Shown here: piece after piece, positions 61,157 to 64,000 of the stretch | Position numbering within the stretch: position 1 is the stretch's first letter | Layout of the letters: each line of letters starts with the position of its first letter | NCBI GenBank assembly: GCA_031262465.1 | Contig: JAISHQ010000091.1 | Location: 3,064 to 67,063 of the forward strand | Source of the DNA: Rikenellaceae bacterium | GTDB taxonomy: Bacteria; Bacteroidota; Bacteroidia; Bacteroidales; Rikenellaceae | Reading direction: 5' to 3' | Length of the DNA stretch: 64,000 nt | Program-made: the position numbers and the translations under genes | The notes under the pieces: model-generated | Seen by the model: only the letters and a program-made list of their open reading frames with translations | Databases searched by the model: none | What the model was told of the DNA's origin: nothing

Positions 61157-61402
61157 ATCACGTTCAACGCATTTAAATTTTATAAAGCAATAAAGAGCTA
61201 CCACCTCCCCCTTGCCTGTCGGCTCGGGTACTCCTCCTTCGGGGAAGGAGGAGATTTTCCTTAAGAAACTTTTACAGAACAAAGTCCCCTCCTTCGGGAA
61301 GGAGGGGTGCCCGTAAGGGCGGGGTGGTAGGTTTTTGCAGGCTTTTCTGTCATTTTTCAGTCTCATTCCACAGACTTTTGCATTAAATGCGTTGAACGTG
61401 AT
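61157..61402 (-). repeat. Copy B (complete) of the structured MITE-like repeat, with about 22-bp terminal inverted repeats
   Basis: ATCACGTTCAACGCATTTAAAT (61157..61178) is the reverse complement of ATTAAATGCGTTGAACGTGAT (61382..61402), with one indel. The core 61198..61332 is the inverted counterpart of 3904..4043. The right repeat overlaps the last 7 codons and the stop of nth. Confidence 0.7.
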
Positions 61403-62030
61403 CTTCATAATAGGCACACCACATTGTCAACCCACACTCCTCGCACCGGGGTTTGCGCGCCAGGCAGACGTATCGCCCGTGGAGGATCAGCCAATGGTGG
61501 GCAATCGGCAGGAGTTTCGAGGGGATGTGCCGCGAGAGTTGCCGTTCGGTTTGCAGGGGGGTCTTGGCACCGCGCGTCAGGCCGATGCGGGCCGAGACCC
61601 GGAAGACGTGGGTGTCGACCGGCATTACCTCTCGGTGAAAAAAAACAGCCTCGACCACATTAGCCGTCTTGCGCCCCACGCCGGGGAGGGTTTGCAGCAG
61701 CTCGCCATCGTCGGGCACCTGTCCGCCGAAATCCGAGAGCAGGCGTTGTGCCATCCCCTTCAGGTGGCGAGCCTTGTTGTTAGGATAAGTCACACTGCGG
61801 ATGTATGCGTAAATCTCCTCCACCTCGGCCTCGGCCAACGCCTGCGGGTCGGGGAAACGCTCGAACAGGGCCGGGGTCACCAAATTGACCCGCTTGTCGG
61901 TGCATTGCGCCGCCAACATAGTCGCCACCAACAACTGATAAGCACTGCCGTAATGCAACTCGCTCTCAGCCACCGGCATATTCTCGGCAAACCACGCTAA
62001 CACCCCCCGGTATCGTTCGTTCATTTTCAT
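61383..62030 (-). CDS. nth: Endonuclease III
   Basis: 215 aa. HhH-GPD region LPGVGRKTANVV and C-terminal [4Fe-4S] loop CLARKPRCEECGLTMWC. Confidence 0.95.
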   Translation of the reverse strand: MKMNERYRGVLAWFAENMPVAESELHYGSAYQLLVATMLAAQCTDKRVNLVTPALFERFPDPQALAEAEVEEIYAYIRSVTYPNNKARHLKGMAQRLLSDFGGQVPDDGELLQTLPGVGRKTANVVEAVFFHREVMPVDTHVFRVSARIGLTRGAKTPLQTERQLSRHIPSKLLPIAHHWLILHGRYVCLARKPRCEECGLTMWCAYYEDHVQRI

Positions 62031-63115
62031 GATTTACGTCTAAAAGTCAAGTGCGAAAAATGGCGGTTGATCCAGCGGGGGAAAACCACCGCGCCGACGA
62101 TCAGGTAGGGATAATAGGTAATCAGCCGCCAGGCGACAGCCACCAAGGTCCCGGCGGCCAGCTGAAGCTCAGGTGCCACGGGCATCCGGTCACCCAAAAA
62201 ATGGGTAAAAATATACTCGGCGAAGCCGCTCCCCCCCGGTGTCGGCATGACCAGCATCATGATCCACAGCACCAGTTGGCGAGCGAAGAGGATCAGCTGG
62301 TCGGTGTACCCAAAAAAGGCCATAATCAGCGCGTTGGCCACCAAATAGCGCGAACTCCACGAAACGAAGGTCGAAAAAAAGCCTTTCAGCCAAAAGCCCA
62401 CACCCTTGGTTTTGAGTTCGCGCGAGCTGAGGATAATATCGGTTCCGATGCGATTGATCGGGCGGTACCACCGGCGCAAAAGCCTCGTTTTGAACACTTT
62501 CAGCAACAACCACTTCAGCCCCCGGGGGTTGATGAAAAGCCCATAAGTAAGGATCAGCGTCCACGCCAATTTCAGCAAATAACCGATCAGCGCAACGGTT
62601 ATCAAGCTCATCGACAGTAGGTTGGTCGACAGGGCCGAGAGGTCGAACAACTGCGCCCGCCCCACGGCCAACACCACCAGCGGGAACATGAGCACAAAAT
62701 AAAGCTCGTCGAAAAAGGAGGTCAGCATGACCATCGCCGAACTTTTCCCGATGGAGATGCCCTCCTTGTGGACATAGAGAATCGCCACGCTTGTCCCGCC
62801 GACCGCCGAGGGGGTAATGGCCGAGGTAAACTCCCACAGCATAATCACCCGAAAGGCCTGTCCCCAAGAGAGTTGCCCGCCCGAAAAGACTTTGATCCGG
62901 ACAATGTAGCCCAAATCGCGCCCGAACATACAGGCGAAAGCCACGAAAATCCAGAACACGGTGTGCCACGAGACGATCACGTTGTCGAAAACCCGTGGGT
63001 CGAAGTCGCGGTAGAGCATCCACCCGACGACCGCCAGCCCAATCAGAATGGGGTAGACGGCGTTTCGGACACGGATTTTCCCGACCGGGTTGGCTTTTGG
63101 CGGTTGTTGCGGCAT
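62027..63115 (-). CDS. Flippase-like (lysylphosphatidylglycerol synthase transmembrane-region, UPF0104) membrane protein
   Basis: 362 aa, about 8 TM helices, with the conserved TPGGSGFAEY-type motif (PTPGGSGFAEYIF). Confidence 0.7.
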   Translation of the reverse strand: MPQQPPKANPVGKIRVRNAVYPILIGLAVVGWMLYRDFDPRVFDNVIVSWHTVFWIFVAFACMFGRDLGYIVRIKVFSGGQLSWGQAFRVIMLWEFTSAITPSAVGGTSVAILYVHKEGISIGKSSAMVMLTSFFDELYFVLMFPLVVLAVGRAQLFDLSALSTNLLSMSLITVALIGYLLKLAWTLILTYGLFINPRGLKWLLLKVFKTRLLRRWYRPINRIGTDIILSSRELKTKGVGFWLKGFFSTFVSWSSRYLVANALIMAFFGYTDQLILFARQLVLWIMMLVMPTPGGSGFAEYIFTHFLGDRMPVAPELQLAAGTLVAVAWRLITYYPYLIVGAVVFPRWINRHFSHLTFRRKS

Positions 63116-63219
63116 AAAGGCAAAAGTACGAATAAATCAAATACCGTTTTCACCGCGTTGTCATATCGAATAAAAACCGTTAATTTTACAGAATAAAGGG
63201 AACTTCAAACGGTTATTCG

Positions 63220-64000
63220 ATGGAAGAAAACTATACCCCCTCGCCCGAACGCTATTTGGGCGCGATGAAATACCGCCGGTGCGGACAGAGCGGCGTGATC
63301 CTGCCGGAAATCTCCCTCGGCCTGTGGCACAATTTCGGCGGGGCGGACGATCCGCAGGCGATCCGCCGGATGGTGTTCCATGCCTTCGATCGGGGCATCA
63401 CTCATTTCGATCTGGCCAACAATTACGGCCCTCCTCCCGGCTCGGCGGAGGAGAATTTCGGGCGAATCTTACGGGATTCTCTCGCTTCGCACCGCCACGA
63501 ACTGTTCATTTCGACCAAGGCCGGGCACGAGATGTGGCCGGGGCCTTACGGCGACGGTGGATCGCGTAAAAACCTGATGACCAGCCTCGATGAGAGCCTG
63601 TTCCGGATGAAACTCGATTACGTGGATCTATTTTACAGCCACCGTTACGACCCCGATACTCCGTTGCAGGAGACCATGCAGGCGTTGGTCGATATTGTCC
63701 GGCAGGGCAAGGCGCTCTACGTCGGCATCTCCAAATACCCCCCTCAGGCGGCGGCCTTTGCTTACGACTACCTGTGCGCGCGCGATGTTCCCTGCCTGAT
63801 CTATCAAGGCCGGTACAACCTGCTGGAACAAACCCCCGAAACCTCCGGACTTTTGTCGCTGACTCGTGAGGCGGGCGCGGGTTTTGCGGCCTTCTCGCCG
63901 TTGGCGCAAGGGCTGTTGAGCGGGCGTTACCTCGCCGGAGCGGTGCCTGCCGATTCCCGCATGGCGCGCGGCCATTTCCTGAAACAGGAGGCACTGACTC
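63220..64000 (+). CDS. Aldo/keto reductase, L-glyceraldehyde-3-phosphate reductase (YghZ/Gpr) type, 3' end outside the window
   Basis: Not in the ORF track because it has no stop. ATG 63220 gives MEENYTPSPERYLGAMKYRRCGQSGVILPEISLGLWHNFGG...GITHFDLANNYGPPPGSAEENFGRIL...STKAGHEMWPGPYGDGGSRKNL, collinear with E. coli YghZ as I recall it. Open to the window end. Confidence 0.85.
   Translation, partial: MEENYTPSPERYLGAMKYRRCGQSGVILPEISLGLWHNFGGADDPQAIRRMVFHAFDRGITHFDLANNYGPPPGSAEENFGRILRDSLASHRHELFISTKAGHEMWPGPYGDGGSRKNLMTSLDESLFRMKLDYVDLFYSHRYDPDTPLQETMQALVDIVRQGKALYVGISKYPPQAAAFAYDYLCARDVPCLIYQGRYNLLEQTPETSGLLSLTREAGAGFAAFSPLAQGLLSGRYLAGAVPADSRMARGHFLKQEALT

Noticed and set aside
1-64000. A window-wide look for rRNA, tRNA, tmRNA and CRISPR arrays.
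   Set aside because: None is recognisable in any intergenic gap. The gaps are short (mostly under 150 bp), and the larger ones are accounted for by the riboswitch, the repeats, promoters or terminators. A tRNAscan/Infernal run would be needed for a definitive negative.

Overview
This is a 64-kb chromosomal segment that looks like a Bacteroidota (Bacteroidales-type) genome. The evidence is a UpxY antiterminator heading a polysaccharide locus, many SpII lipoproteins, exact TAnnTTTG -7 promoter boxes, a glycoside-hydrolase cluster and an IS1595-family element. The backbone is visibly GC-rich and densely coding.

Content, left to right:
- **1-9.2 kb:** housekeeping and envelope genes: a lipoprotein, GT2, an LpxL-like acyltransferase, an inositol monophosphatase, an S41 peptidase, a histidine kinase and a class-III aminotransferase.
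- **9.3-33.1 kb:** a surface-polysaccharide locus of about 24 kb, entirely on the minus strand. It runs UpxY, PHP tyrosine phosphatase, WbpM/CapD, Ugd, an FnlA-like dehydratase with an RmlD-like reductase, Wzx, Wzy, several GTs, a four-gene GDP-D-glycero-D-manno-heptose cassette, an acetyltransferase, a deacetylase, a reductase, a WbpL/WecA-like initiating transferase, an amber-interrupted wbuC, and rfbACDB. Its core is AT-rich. An IS1595 element with a 9-bp target duplication sits immediately upstream of one GT gene.
- **33.6-37.6 kb:** lnt, LysE, cmk and ispH.
- **37.7-41.4 kb:** an uncharacterised pair of a Tat-exported DUF362 protein and a NapH/NapG-like polyferredoxin, plus an S-component-like permease with a small PRTase.
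- **41.6-43.1 kb:** a cobalamin riboswitch with its own promoter, driving a single lipoprotein.
- **43.1-52.0 kb:** a metallophosphoesterase and a glucuronoxylan-oligosaccharide cluster of GH67, two tandem GH8 paralogues and GH3.
- **52.2-55.5 kb:** a 1104-aa lipoprotein combining collagen-like Gly-X-Y runs, a BACON-like segment, leucine-rich repeats and an M64-like peptidase domain with an atypical HEANGH motif. It is bracketed by two hairpins that share the same stem.
- **55.6-64 kb:** kdsC, DUF2520, YihY, a methyltransferase, ComEC, nth, a flippase-like membrane protein and a partial aldo/keto reductase.

Two inverted copies of a highly structured MITE-like repeat lie 57 kb apart, at 3.8-4.0 kb and 61.2-61.4 kb. 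I found no rRNA, tRNA or CRISPR array. All functional calls come from reading the translated ORFs and motifs by eye; no database search was run.
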